From Acidobacteriota bacterium (GTDB lineage: Bacteria; Acidobacteriota; UBA6911; RPQK01; JAJDTT01): 64,000 nt of DNA. Shown piece after piece: positions 17,580 to 27,772 of this stretch; the first letter of the stretch is position 1; the number at the start of each line of letters is the position of its first letter. A model generated the notes under the pieces. That model worked only from the letters and a program-made list of their open reading frames with translations. It was not told where the DNA came from and did not search any database. Position numbers and translations under genes: made by a program. The DNA lies in assembly GCA_965209055.1 (NCBI GenBank), contig OZ242374.1, forward strand, positions 4,800,001 to 4,864,000. The letters run 5' to 3'.

Positions 17580-20084
17580 TCACGCATCGGGTTTGCGAAT
17601 TCCGCTACGGGTAAGAAAGTCCCGGTATCCCGAGAATGCAGCGTTGACCTCCTCGGACGTCAAGCCGTAGTCCGCCAGATCGTAGCGGTGTTTCGGCTGC
17701 TTGCGGCGATGCTGCGCTTGCTGGAACAGCCAATCGTCCATGGTGTTCAGGACCGACCGTTTGAGCGGCCAGTTGAACCGTTCGTAGATGCTGTGCACCA
17801 CGGCCAGCGGATCCTCCACCAGATCGACGTAGTTCACGTCCATCCAGCGATGTTCCAGTTCGGGATGGGCTTCCCGGAAATTCACGCCCCTTTCCATCAT
17901 TCCGCTCATAAATGCCAATAACTCCGGACCGAGGCTTTCCCGCGGCTGCGGATGGACGGATAGTGAGCGGGCCTTTTCCACAAAGCTGCTCCAGGACCCC
18001 ATGAACTGGCTGGGGCTTCTATGCGTCTGGATGAACAGGGCGTCCGGATAGGTCTCGACCAGGGTCTCCAGCTCCATGAGGTGAAAGGGCATCTTGAACA
18101 ACCATTGGCCGTGGTGGCCAGGCTGTCGTTGGCGACGCTGCCAATTGTAGTGCTGCATGATTCGGTGGTGGTGGGCATAGGCGTGCCGCGAACCGGTGGC
18201 GGCCAGCCACCGGCCGAATTCGGGAATATGAAATCGAACGGTGGAGGTCCATGCGCCGAAGGCCATGTTCAAGATCGGGAAGTCCTCTGCCGGTTCGTCG
18301 ACGTCGAAGTCGTGAACCCCTTTGAAGACTTCGACCACCCGGGACGATTCGAGCATTTCCTCGACCCGCGCCCGGCGGGGGTCGTCCCCTGTACCCCCGA
18401 TCGTGGCGTATTCCTCCTTTGACAAGACCGGCTCGGCGTACTCATAGCCCCGCAACGACCAGAATCTCGGGTCCCGGGCCATGAGGCGATGCAGGTAGGT
18501 GGTGCCGGTTCGGTTGATCCCGACGATGAACACCGGTCGCGTGATCCCCTCCCTTTCGATTTCCGGGTACTGCATCCGTTCCCGGGCAAACGCGGCGTTG
18601 TTTCGCAAGAGACGGCCGAAGTCGAAGACCAGCCCGGGAAGCTTGTCCTCCAGCAGTCTGACCTCGGAAGTTCGCACAGCGCGTACCAATTGCTCCAGGT
18701 TTCGACACATCCAGGGGGGATACGCCTGATCGAAAGAGACTCCGTTGTCCTCGGCGTAGCGCTCCGCCCGTGAGATCAGGCCGTCGAAGTCCAGGCGGCC
18801 CTGTGAAATGGGATGGGGCCATTGCCGTTGGTGGTCCATGACCCACTGGTAGGAGTGCCGAAGCTTGGTCATCACCCCCGGCCATTGGATCCGGTGCGGA
18901 CAGTCCTCCCGGAGCGCACGGTCCGAAATGGGCAACCTGTGCTGCGGTTTGTCCTGGCTGAACCAATACTTCGCAAAATGATCGAGCACCGCCCATTGTC
19001 CGTGCAGGGCCGAGTTCTCCATGGCCTGGCAGGCGCGCTTGAACGACTCGTAGGACACCTCCGGCAGATAGGTCCCGAAATCGGCGAATTCGAGGTCGTA
19101 ATAATCCAGTTGGGGGTTGCAGCAATGGTAGATGGTGAAACGCCGTTCGGGATTCAAGGAGATGGCGGTGCAGGCCCGGCTCAGCGTATCGACCGCCTCA
19201 TGGCCGGATCGAAAGGTGAGTCCTTTCGGTATGGTTTCGGCCTGCAGCGCGGCAGCAAATATCTTCACCGCCAGGTCGTTGGCCCGGACGAAACCGGTAC
19301 CGGAGATATTGACATGCGGCAGCCGGAATATCGCCAACGGCAATCCGGCCTGCTGCGCAAACAGAAGGACCTGCTCGGATGCCAGCTTGCTCCATGAATA
19401 GCCCAAAAACCCAATCGGAAACTCTCGCTTCATCATGTCGAGATCCGGTTGCGCCTGGTGGCCGATGGGGCTGTCTTTGAATTCGCGTGCGAAGGAATAG
19501 AAATACTGCGGAAACACGCCCATGGTCGAGGCATGGAACAGGTGCTTGAAGCGCCTGCGCAGACAGAGTTCCATCAGATTGCCGACACTGAGCGTATTGA
19601 GTTCCCGGATCGCCATGTATGAGGAAGAGAGATTGATATCGGCCGCAAGATGATAGACGGCGTCGATCCGCCGGCAATAGCCATCGAAATCCGCTTGGCT
19701 CAGACCGAATCGGACTTGGCCCATGTCTCCGGCCACCGCGCGAATCCGTGGAGCGAACGTGTCCTCCCAGAGGTCCGCCTCTTGCAGGGCGGTGCGCAGG
19801 CGCTCGAATCCATGCTCTTCACTGTCGGCCCGGACCAGGCAGTGCACGACCAGACGGAGATTCTGTTGCAGGAGGTCGCGCAGAAAGAACCGGCCGATGA
19901 AGCCGGTCGCGCCCGTCAGCAAGACCTCTCGGAAATCGGCCGGGGACACCGGGTCGGCCGGCGGCTCCTGTCTGATCGCGGCGCGGATGGACCGGCGCAT
20001 GATCTCGACGTCCATCTGACACTGCGGCGGCAGCGTCCCGACGAGCGGCGGCACTTTGGTGTCGGGCGAGGAGAATTCAGTCAT
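17580..20084 (-). CDS. swfB: Thioester reductase (R) - sulfotransferase (ST) didomain protein, SwfB-like
   Basis: VLLTGATGFIG, HCLVRA, YHLAA, GYSWSK (YxxxK), then PVFIVGINRTGTTYLHRL (PAPS 5'-PSB loop), LFKMPFH, FIQTHRSP. Confidence 0.85.
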   Translation of the reverse strand: MTEFSSPDTKVPPLVGTLPPQCQMDVEIMRRSIRAAIRQEPPADPVSPADFREVLLTGATGFIGRFFLRDLLQQNLRLVVHCLVRADSEEHGFERLRTALQEADLWEDTFAPRIRAVAGDMGQVRFGLSQADFDGYCRRIDAVYHLAADINLSSSYMAIRELNTLSVGNLMELCLRRRFKHLFHASTMGVFPQYFYSFAREFKDSPIGHQAQPDLDMMKREFPIGFLGYSWSKLASEQVLLFAQQAGLPLAIFRLPHVNISGTGFVRANDLAVKIFAAALQAETIPKGLTFRSGHEAVDTLSRACTAISLNPERRFTIYHCCNPQLDYYDLEFADFGTYLPEVSYESFKRACQAMENSALHGQWAVLDHFAKYWFSQDKPQHRLPISDRALREDCPHRIQWPGVMTKLRHSYQWVMDHQRQWPHPISQGRLDFDGLISRAERYAEDNGVSFDQAYPPWMCRNLEQLVRAVRTSEVRLLEDKLPGLVFDFGRLLRNNAAFARERMQYPEIEREGITRPVFIVGINRTGTTYLHRLMARDPRFWSLRGYEYAEPVLSKEEYATIGGTGDDPRRARVEEMLESSRVVEVFKGVHDFDVDEPAEDFPILNMAFGAWTSTVRFHIPEFGRWLAATGSRHAYAHHHRIMQHYNWQRRQRQPGHHGQWLFKMPFHLMELETLVETYPDALFIQTHRSPSQFMGSWSSFVEKARSLSVHPQPRESLGPELLAFMSGMMERGVNFREAHPELEHRWMDVNYVDLVEDPLAVVHSIYERFNWPLKRSVLNTMDDWLFQQAQHRRKQPKHRYDLADYGLTSEEVNAAFSGYRDFLTRSGIRKPDA

Positions 20085-20129
20085 GTCCTGTTCCTCAAGT
20101 GGTGTGGATTCCGAACCGGCCTGTCGGCT

Positions 20130-23100
20130 TCAGCGAGTTGCGAGTTCCGCCGAGGAGCCCGGTTCGACGCCGGGACCCTGCGGGAAGTGGTCTTCGGGCC
20201 GGTTGGCGAAAGCCGAGGGCGCACGGCGGACCTGCTGCCCGGCAGCGCGGACGGCATCGTCGCGTCCGGCCGCTGCCGTTCCGGTCTCGTCCTCCTCGAC
20301 ATCCTGCTTTCCATGGATGATGTCCTGGGCCAGCGAGAGGGAGGAGGCGGTGGTCATCAGTTCCAACGCGCTGACCTGATAGTTGAACTGCATCCGGATA
20401 AACGCTCCCAGCTCGGCGACTGAGATGGAGGTCAGGCCGAAGCTGGACAACGTTTCTTCCGGACCGCCCTCGTCGTGGCCGCACAATTCGGCCACCTTGC
20501 CCGCGATCTGCGTCACGACGGTGTCGAGCGTAAGTTGGCCGCCCACATCCACCGAGAATGCGTCCGGGTTGCTGAGCAACCGTCCGGTGCGCATGTAGTC
20601 GGGCGAGTCGACCGTCATTGGCGGACGGGAGAAGACGGCGGTGATGAGGTGATCCCGGTCTGCCGTACTGCGCATGGCGTAGTCCAGATTGCTGACGGAG
20701 AAATCGGCGCTGACCGGCGGCATGCCCGACGACCGCGTGAGGCGCAGGACTTGCAGATTGCGCGAAGCCATGCCCGCCTCGGCGACCGCGGCCAGGTTGT
20801 AGCTGAGCGCGGGCCGCCCTTCGCGGCGGCGGAAGGCGGCCAAGCCGTCCAGGAACCCATTGGCGGCGCTATAGTTGATCTGTCCCGGGTTGCCGAAGGT
20901 CGAGGCGACGGAGGAGAACAGCACGAAGTGGTCCAGGGGGCAGTCGGCTGTCGCGTTGTGGAGATTGAGGGCGCCGCGCGCTTTCGGCGCGAATACCTTG
21001 GCCAGCGACTCGGGCGTGAGGTCGGCCAACAGGCAGTCGTCCAACGCGCCCGCGAGGTGGAACACGCCCTTGAGCGGTCGATCCAACTCGTCCACACACC
21101 GCCGGACGTCCGCCTCGCGGGCGACGTTTCCCGGGACGATTTCGATCTCCATCTCCTCGGTGAGGTACCACAAGGCGCTGGTCTTCCGGACCCAGTCGGC
21201 GGTGCGCCGGCGCTGCGGGTCGCGGTCCATCAGGGTGACGTGGCGTGCTCCGGCGGCCGCCAGATATGGCAGCAACAGCCGGCCGAATCCGCCAAGCGCG
21301 CCTGAGACCAGATAGGTTGCTTCCGGGTCGAGATACGGGCGCAGATCGACGATGGGGAAACGTTCGGCACCGGGCTCCGGCGGAGCTTTCAGGACCAGTT
21401 TCCCCGTGTGCCGGCCGGTGGTCATCAGGCGCAGCGCCTGGGCATAGTCGCCATATTCGAAGCACGTGACCGGCAAGGGCGGCACGGCCCCCTGATCCAG
21501 CAGATTCACGCACTCCTGGGAAAGCTCGCGCGCCAACTCCGGGTCGTCGTTCATCAGGCGGTCGATGTCGATGGCCGCGAAGCGCAGGTTCTTGCGGAAG
21601 ACGCTCAGGCTGAGGGCGTTGTCGGCATAGATGTCCACCTTGCCGATCTCGCAGTGCCATCCACCCGGCCGCAAAGCCTCCAGGCAGAGGGCGATGTGAC
21701 GTCCGGACAGGGAGTTCAGGACCACGTCCACTCCCTCGCCGCCCGTGGCCTCCATAACCCCTTCGTACCAGTCGAAACTGTGGGAATCGAATGCCGCCCG
21801 CACGCCCATCCCGCGCAGTTGTTCGCGTTTGCCCTCGCTTCCGGCCGTGGCGTAGATCTCCGCCCCCGCGTGCTTCGCCAGGGCGATCGCCGCCTGGCCG
21901 ACGCCGCCCATGGCGGAGTGGATCAGCACGCGCCGGCCCTTTCGCAGGCGTGCGAGATACACCAGGGAATAGTAGGCGGTGACGTAAACCGAAAGCACCG
22001 AAGCGGCCTCCTCCATGCTCAGAGACGGAGGTTTGACGAACACCAGGTAGTCCTTGACCACGGCTCGATTGGTGATGCAGCCGCCCTGGGTAAAGGCCAC
22101 GGCATCGCCGACCCTGCAGGTGCGCACGGCGGGGCCGACGCGGCGCACGACACCGCTCGCCTCAATCCCCACCGAGCGTCCCAGGGCCGATCGCTCGTAG
22201 GAGAGTGCCGGAAGCAACCCCAGCGTCACCATGACGTCGCGGAAGTTGAGCGCCGCCGCCGCCACGTCGACCTCCACGTCGTACGGCCCCAGCGGGACCG
22301 GTTCACAGGTCTTCATCTGCAGACCGCCGATCTGGCCTGGATTGTCCAGGGTCAGCCGGTATGTCGCGTTCTCGCCTGCCGGCACCAGAGAAGACCGCTC
22401 CCGAACGTGGATCAGGCGCGGCGCCCACACCCGGTTGCCACGTACCGCCAACTCGCGCTCGCGCAGGTCGCACTCGTCGAGCCAGGCCAGCGTCTTCAGA
22501 TCCTCGGCGGCGCCCAGATCCACCAGCCGAAAATCGATGGCGGCTTCCGCGCCCACGTCCGCGGCGATCTCCTGGCTGATGCTGCGAAGCGCTCCCCACA
22601 CGGCGCCTGCACGCGGTTCCGTCACGTCCAATACGGCGCGGCGGGTCACCACGGTCAGGCGGCAGGGGCGGCGAGCGTGGTCCACGCGGAAGGGGATCAA
22701 CGCCTTGACGAAGGAGACCAGGTGCGCCACCAACTGCTGTCCGGTCGGGTCTTCCGGATCGGCGCCGCAGATGATGTCGATCGCTTCCAGGTCGGCCGCG
22801 CCAGGCCAGTCGGCGAGGGCGCCGACGCGGCCGGCCTCCAATTCCGAGTATGAAATGGGGACCGCCTGAGACCCATCGAGGAAACCCAACCATTCGGCCG
22901 CCAGGCTGTCCGGTTCGCCGATGATCCAACGCGGCCCGGAGAGCCGGCGCGGTTCGGGCGGGTTTGCGTCCAGGTCCGGCGCCTGCAGCAGTGTCGTCCT
23001 CCGGCCGGCCCGCACCGTGGTCCAGCCAGCGTCCGGCTCAATCGACAATCCGTTGCCGTGGACCACCAGCGCCAAGCCGCCGGGAACCGCCAATCGGCGC

Positions 23101-26100
23101 AGCCGGCGCCATTGTTCCGGTCCGAACGTCGCAGCGTCATCATGGAGCATCAGGAGCTCGGCGGCATGCGGCCGCATCAGGCCGGCGTCCAACTCCGGCG
23201 CCTTGTCTGATGCGAGATCGAGGCGGGCGAAGCGCAGGGCGGAATCCTGGCCATGAAACGCGTCGTAGTGGGCATGGACCTGCTCCTTCGTGGCGCCCAC
23301 CAGCCAGTACTCGGTTTGAGCGTTGTCGCCGGCCATGTAGTCGAGACATTGTTTGAGGATGGCCTGCTCCGGGGTCCGCCCGCCCGCGACCTCCATGACG
23401 TGGCAAGCGCGGGGGGCGCCGGCAGGCTGCTCCAGGGCGGCGATCAGCGACGCGGGCTCGATTTCGCCGCCCGGCGGGACGTTCAACCAAGACTGCGCTT
23501 CTTCCACGAACTTGGGCTGCCACGAGACGATGTGCTTGCTGCGGGGCAGGTCATTCCAGCGCGGGTTGGAGTTGAACGAGACGTACGCGTCGATAAACGC
23601 AACCAGGTCTCCGGTGTCTCCGTCGTAGAATCGGATGCTGCCCCCGGATCGCTCGCCGCGCCGTTCCGTGAACTGCCCCAGTTCGTTCACGTCCGCCCAG
23701 TCTTTCTCCTTCTTCACATAACAGGTCAAACGCGGACCGGTCGGCGGACGCAGGAACGTCACTCCTTGAGCGCGCCGCGGCATGGCGAAGATGTCCGTCG
23801 CGCGGAGCAAATGATAGAGAAAGATTTGAAGTCCTCCGTCGAGCAGCGCCGGGTTCGCGACATACCCTTCCTGGCGGCCGGTCGTCCATAACTGCTCATC
23901 CATTTCGACGTCGAACAGGTAGTCGGCCGAATTGCCCTCCCACAGAACACGTTTGATGTTCCGGAAGTACGGACCGTACTGGAAGGTCTCGCCGAGGCTG
24001 GCGTCGATGCGCTCGTAGAAATCGCTCTCGCCCACGAAGTAGTAGGGCTCGAAACCGGTCGTATCGATATCCGCCAGGCGCAACGGAACGTTCACTGGGA
24101 ACTCGCTGTCCACCAGGCGCAACTTTCCGCGGGAGTGCATTTCACTTTGCGCGTCGATTTCGTAGGAACGGGACGAGATGGTGAAGGTGAATTCCTCCGG
24201 CGCATTGGCCACCGGAAGGAGTTCCGTGTGCAGCCTCACCGGCGTCTTACCGATGGGACACGGCTGCAGGAATTCCAGCGTTTCCACGTGCAACGGATGC
24301 CCACCGAACGCCTGCAGGAGCAGTTCGATGTAGCCGGCTGCCGGCATGATCGAAGCATGGTGCACCCGATGCTCCGCCAACCAGGGAAAGTCCCGCTCCG
24401 AGAGCCGGGCTTCGAACAGGAGATGTTCGCACGGCACCCGATGGCCGATCAGTGGACCGTGGGCATACTCGCCCAGATCGAGGAACATTTCATCGTCGCT
24501 CATCTCGTCGGATGCCCCCTGATCGTCGCGGGGATACCCTGGCAGCAGGTGGGCGATCGGCTCGGGGCGAGGGAATTGGACGGCGAAGTCCAGGTCCACG
24601 CCGGCCCGGAACAGGGCTCCGAGAGCTTCCTGAAATCCGAGGCGGACGTCGGTGTCGCGAATCAGCGTCGGAATGCAGGCCGGCCCCTCGGCATTGCCTT
24701 CCAGGCACTGCACGATGGTGGGCTGCAAGGCGCTGTGCGGTGCGACTTCCAGAAAGACATCGGGCCGGTGATTCCGCACCATGGTCTCCATCGCCGCCGC
24801 GAACCTTACGGGCCGCCGTATGTTCGACCACCAGTAGTCGTTGTCCAGCTTCTTTGCCTCGACGCCGGTCACTGAGGACACCATGGGCAGGTCAGAGTCG
24901 AACGCGCTGTCGTTCAGGAAGGTCAGAGCCGAGAGTGCGTCCTCGTGGATCGGCTCCATGGCGCTGGAATGAAATGCGATGTTGCCCGGAATCAGGCGAT
25001 TCTGCAGGTGGCGGCGGTCCAACTCTTCCATGATGGGGCGCAAAATGGCCTCCTTGCCGCAGATGACCGTGCTGGCCGGTGCGTTCTCGCAAGCGATCTC
25101 TACGTGCGCCGCCCCAGCTGCCCCGGGCTGCAAGGCCACACGCAAGGTCTCGAGCAGTTCCTCGACGCCCGGCCGATCCAGACCGATGGCCAGCATGCGG
25201 CCCGACCCGGCCGTGCGCTGCTGCAACCTGGCGCGATGGAACACAAGGCGCGTCGCCTCCGCCAAAGACAGCGCCCCGCAGGCATAGGCCGCAGCCACCT
25301 CGCCGGAGCTGTGTCCGACCACACAGTCGGGGTAGACGCCCCAGGTCTTGAACAGTTCCACCAACGCGCACTGAAGCATGAATATGGCGGGCTGGGCCAA
25401 CTGGACTTCGTTGAGTGCTTCTTGCGGAGCGGAGAAACAGGCGTCGCGCAACGAGATATCGGAGTGTTCCCGCCAGTGTTCCTCGATGGCATCGATGACG
25501 CGGCGAAAAACAGGGTCGGACTCGTACAGCGCGCGGCCGCAACCCGCCCACTGTGTCCCCTGACCGGAGAACACCATGGCGATTCGGCGCTCTCCGTCGT
25601 CGACCGTGCTGATGGGAACGGGATCACTCTCAAAGCCCTTCAATGCCTCGATCAATTCCTTCCGGGTGCGTGCCGCAAATGAGGTTCGCGCGGCAAAATG
25701 GGTGCGGCGGCGGCTGAGATTGCCTGCCAGGGTATACAGGTCCATCTCCCGATCGTCGAGCGCTTCCCGCAGCTTGCGCGCGCTCTGTTTCAGCGCCCCC
25801 GGCGTCCGCGCCGACAGGGGGATCATGAAACCTGCTTCCCGCGCCAGCGGCACCGACCAGATGGGACGGTGCTCGGGCCGGTATTCCCGGACCACGCAGT
25901 GCCCGTTGGAACCGCCAAAACCGAACGAGTTGATACCGACCACCACCGGGTGGTCGGGAAACGGTTCGCAGCCGGTCTGCACCTGCATCGGACAACTGTT
26001 GAAGTCGATCTCCGGATTCGGGACCAGGTAGTTTTTCGACACTGGCGCGAAGGTCCGGCGCCGCATCATCAAAACGACCTTGAGCAGGGCGCACGTGAAA

Positions 26101-27194
26101 GCCGCCGCTTCCATGTGCCCCACGTTGCTCTTCACGCTTGCAACCCGCAGCGGCGCCTTGCGCCCGCCGCCGAACGCTTCGCCGATGGCGTTGCCTTCGA
26201 TGCGGTCGCCCACCACGGTGCCGGTGGCGTGGGCTTCGATATAGTCGAACTCCCGCGGTGCGCGGCCCGCGCGGGCGCACGCAGTGCGCATCAACTCCAC
26301 CTGCGCATGCCGGGTGGGTGCGGTAATGTACCGCCCCGCCGCCAGGCCGACGGCGCCATCGGCTGCGCCGGCCGCATTGATCGCTGTCGACTCCACCACG
26401 GCGTGGATGGGGTCCCCGTCCCGTTCGGCCGCCGCCAAGGGTTTGACGGCGAAGACGAACGCGCCTTCCGAGCGCATGTATCCGTTGGCTTCCGCGTCGA
26501 AGGAGTGGCATCTCCCGTCCGGACTGATGACGCCCAAGGCATTGAACCCGGTGCTGAGGCGAGCGGACCCCAGGTAGTTGGCCGACCCGACGAAGGCTTG
26601 TTCGCAGTCGCCGGAGCGGAGCGCGTTCAACGCCGTGTGCAATGCGGTCAAGCTGGCGGAGCAAGCGGTGCAACAAGCGAGCGACGGCCCCATCAGGTTG
26701 AAGTGATAGGAGATGCGATTGGCCAGCATGGCCACGCTGATGCTGGCGATGGAGAACTCGGTTGCACCGAGCGGCCTGCGCCAGTTGGAGGTGGCCGGCA
26801 CCTGTGCGCCGACGAACACGCCGGTGCGGCTGTTGTGCAACGACTGCAAGTCCCATCCCGCTTGCTCGCAGGTCTCCCAGGTGCACGTCAACAGCATCCG
26901 CACGTGCGGGTCGGCGGACAGCATTTCGTGGTGCGACATTCCGAAAAGGCTGCGATCGAAGAGCTTCTCCCCTTCCTCGCGGATCAGCCCTTCGTATGCG
27001 CTGGCAAACCGGCCCGGCCCGGAGAACTCTCCGATGGGCCGGTAGCCCCTTCCGTAACGCTCGGTGATGGGTTCCCGAACGATCTCGCGTTCGCTGAGCA
27101 AGCTCCAGAAGTCGTCGTCGGTCCGGATTCCACCCGGCATGCGGTAGGCGTAACCGACGATGGCAACGGCGTCTTCGGGACTATGGGAACTCAT
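20130..27194 (-). CDS. swfA: Mono-modular highly reducing type I PKS/FAS KS-AT-DH-pseudoMT-ER-KR-ACP, SwfA-like
   Basis: KS CTACSAS/EAHATGT/KSNVGH; AT GQGTQW/GHSSGE/IAFHS; DH HRVHHASIMP/LLDGGLQ; degenerate MT MEVAGG; ER LIHSAMGGVG; KR SGALGGFG/LDD/GQINYSAAN; ACP FGLTSI. No TE domain. Confidence 0.9.
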   Translation of the reverse strand: MSSHSPEDAVAIVGYAYRMPGGIRTDDDFWSLLSEREIVREPITERYGRGYRPIGEFSGPGRFASAYEGLIREEGEKLFDRSLFGMSHHEMLSADPHVRMLLTCTWETCEQAGWDLQSLHNSRTGVFVGAQVPATSNWRRPLGATEFSIASISVAMLANRISYHFNLMGPSLACCTACSASLTALHTALNALRSGDCEQAFVGSANYLGSARLSTGFNALGVISPDGRCHSFDAEANGYMRSEGAFVFAVKPLAAAERDGDPIHAVVESTAINAAGAADGAVGLAAGRYITAPTRHAQVELMRTACARAGRAPREFDYIEAHATGTVVGDRIEGNAIGEAFGGGRKAPLRVASVKSNVGHMEAAAFTCALLKVVLMMRRRTFAPVSKNYLVPNPEIDFNSCPMQVQTGCEPFPDHPVVVGINSFGFGGSNGHCVVREYRPEHRPIWSVPLAREAGFMIPLSARTPGALKQSARKLREALDDREMDLYTLAGNLSRRRTHFAARTSFAARTRKELIEALKGFESDPVPISTVDDGERRIAMVFSGQGTQWAGCGRALYESDPVFRRVIDAIEEHWREHSDISLRDACFSAPQEALNEVQLAQPAIFMLQCALVELFKTWGVYPDCVVGHSSGEVAAAYACGALSLAEATRLVFHRARLQQRTAGSGRMLAIGLDRPGVEELLETLRVALQPGAAGAAHVEIACENAPASTVICGKEAILRPIMEELDRRHLQNRLIPGNIAFHSSAMEPIHEDALSALTFLNDSAFDSDLPMVSSVTGVEAKKLDNDYWWSNIRRPVRFAAAMETMVRNHRPDVFLEVAPHSALQPTIVQCLEGNAEGPACIPTLIRDTDVRLGFQEALGALFRAGVDLDFAVQFPRPEPIAHLLPGYPRDDQGASDEMSDDEMFLDLGEYAHGPLIGHRVPCEHLLFEARLSERDFPWLAEHRVHHASIMPAAGYIELLLQAFGGHPLHVETLEFLQPCPIGKTPVRLHTELLPVANAPEEFTFTISSRSYEIDAQSEMHSRGKLRLVDSEFPVNVPLRLADIDTTGFEPYYFVGESDFYERIDASLGETFQYGPYFRNIKRVLWEGNSADYLFDVEMDEQLWTTGRQEGYVANPALLDGGLQIFLYHLLRATDIFAMPRRAQGVTFLRPPTGPRLTCYVKKEKDWADVNELGQFTERRGERSGGSIRFYDGDTGDLVAFIDAYVSFNSNPRWNDLPRSKHIVSWQPKFVEEAQSWLNVPPGGEIEPASLIAALEQPAGAPRACHVMEVAGGRTPEQAILKQCLDYMAGDNAQTEYWLVGATKEQVHAHYDAFHGQDSALRFARLDLASDKAPELDAGLMRPHAAELLMLHDDAATFGPEQWRRLRRLAVPGGLALVVHGNGLSIEPDAGWTTVRAGRRTTLLQAPDLDANPPEPRRLSGPRWIIGEPDSLAAEWLGFLDGSQAVPISYSELEAGRVGALADWPGAADLEAIDIICGADPEDPTGQQLVAHLVSFVKALIPFRVDHARRPCRLTVVTRRAVLDVTEPRAGAVWGALRSISQEIAADVGAEAAIDFRLVDLGAAEDLKTLAWLDECDLRERELAVRGNRVWAPRLIHVRERSSLVPAGENATYRLTLDNPGQIGGLQMKTCEPVPLGPYDVEVDVAAAALNFRDVMVTLGLLPALSYERSALGRSVGIEASGVVRRVGPAVRTCRVGDAVAFTQGGCITNRAVVKDYLVFVKPPSLSMEEAASVLSVYVTAYYSLVYLARLRKGRRVLIHSAMGGVGQAAIALAKHAGAEIYATAGSEGKREQLRGMGVRAAFDSHSFDWYEGVMEATGGEGVDVVLNSLSGRHIALCLEALRPGGWHCEIGKVDIYADNALSLSVFRKNLRFAAIDIDRLMNDDPELARELSQECVNLLDQGAVPPLPVTCFEYGDYAQALRLMTTGRHTGKLVLKAPPEPGAERFPIVDLRPYLDPEATYLVSGALGGFGRLLLPYLAAAGARHVTLMDRDPQRRRTADWVRKTSALWYLTEEMEIEIVPGNVAREADVRRCVDELDRPLKGVFHLAGALDDCLLADLTPESLAKVFAPKARGALNLHNATADCPLDHFVLFSSVASTFGNPGQINYSAANGFLDGLAAFRRREGRPALSYNLAAVAEAGMASRNLQVLRLTRSSGMPPVSADFSVSNLDYAMRSTADRDHLITAVFSRPPMTVDSPDYMRTGRLLSNPDAFSVDVGGQLTLDTVVTQIAGKVAELCGHDEGGPEETLSSFGLTSISVAELGAFIRMQFNYQVSALELMTTASSLSLAQDIIHGKQDVEEDETGTAAAGRDDAVRAAGQQVRRAPSAFANRPEDHFPQGPGVEPGSSAELATR

Positions 27195-27408
27195 GTTTCT
27201 CTCCGGTCATCGTCTCGCGACTTCAATCGCTGAGGGAAATGGCTCAAGGATCTGAGCGGGAGTCCGACCCGGCGCGACGGCCCGACCGCGTCACCTGGAA
27301 AACAGGAGAATACCGCCGTATTGGCGACGGCGATAGGAACACATCGAAATGCAATCCCCGTCAATCGTTACGAGCAAACCACTCCCATGATACCGATGCT
27401 CGCCCCGT

Positions 27409-27433
27409 CCTCACAACAAACCCTCCCAGGTTG
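27409..27433 (+). repeat. Bipartite direct repeat, left copy
   Basis: CCTCACAACAAAC-N5-CAGGTTG; second copy at 29611-29648. Confidence 0.55.
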
Positions 27434-27484
27434 CACCGCCGATACCAGCACGATTGGGCGCGGCACACTTGCCTCAATTCTCAG

Positions 27485-27510
27485 AAAAGATTAACTTAAG
27501 TTGAACTTTT
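27485..27510. promoter_or_regulatory. Palindromic operator of Phd-VapC module
   Basis: AAAAGATT-AACTTAAGTT-GAACTTTT: perfect 10-bp core with an imperfect extension, 16 bp before the antitoxin ATG. Confidence 0.65.
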
Positions 27511-27526
27511 TGACGAGAGCACTCCG

Positions 27527-27772
27527 ATGCATGAGGTTCTAAACGCCAAGCAGCTCCGGGAGAAATTGAAGGAGGTCGTCGAGAAGGTGAGACATGGGGA
27601 CAAGTTTACCGTTCTGTACCGGAGCCGCCCGGCATTCGATATCGTCCCGGTAGGCACTCCCTCTGTCGAAAGCGTGCCCTTGGAATCGGATTCGCTTTAC
27701 CGGGCCGCGCCCGTCGGATCTTCGGGTTCGGGAGACGCCGCCGTGAAGCACGACGACCTGTTGTATCGATGA
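27527..27772 (+). CDS. Phd/YefM family antitoxin
   Basis: LNAKQLREKLKEVVEKVRHGDKFTVLYRSRPAFDIVP; ATGA overlap with the PIN toxin. Confidence 0.88.
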   Translation: MHEVLNAKQLREKLKEVVEKVRHGDKFTVLYRSRPAFDIVPVGTPSVESVPLESDSLYRAAPVGSSGSGDAAVKHDDLLYR

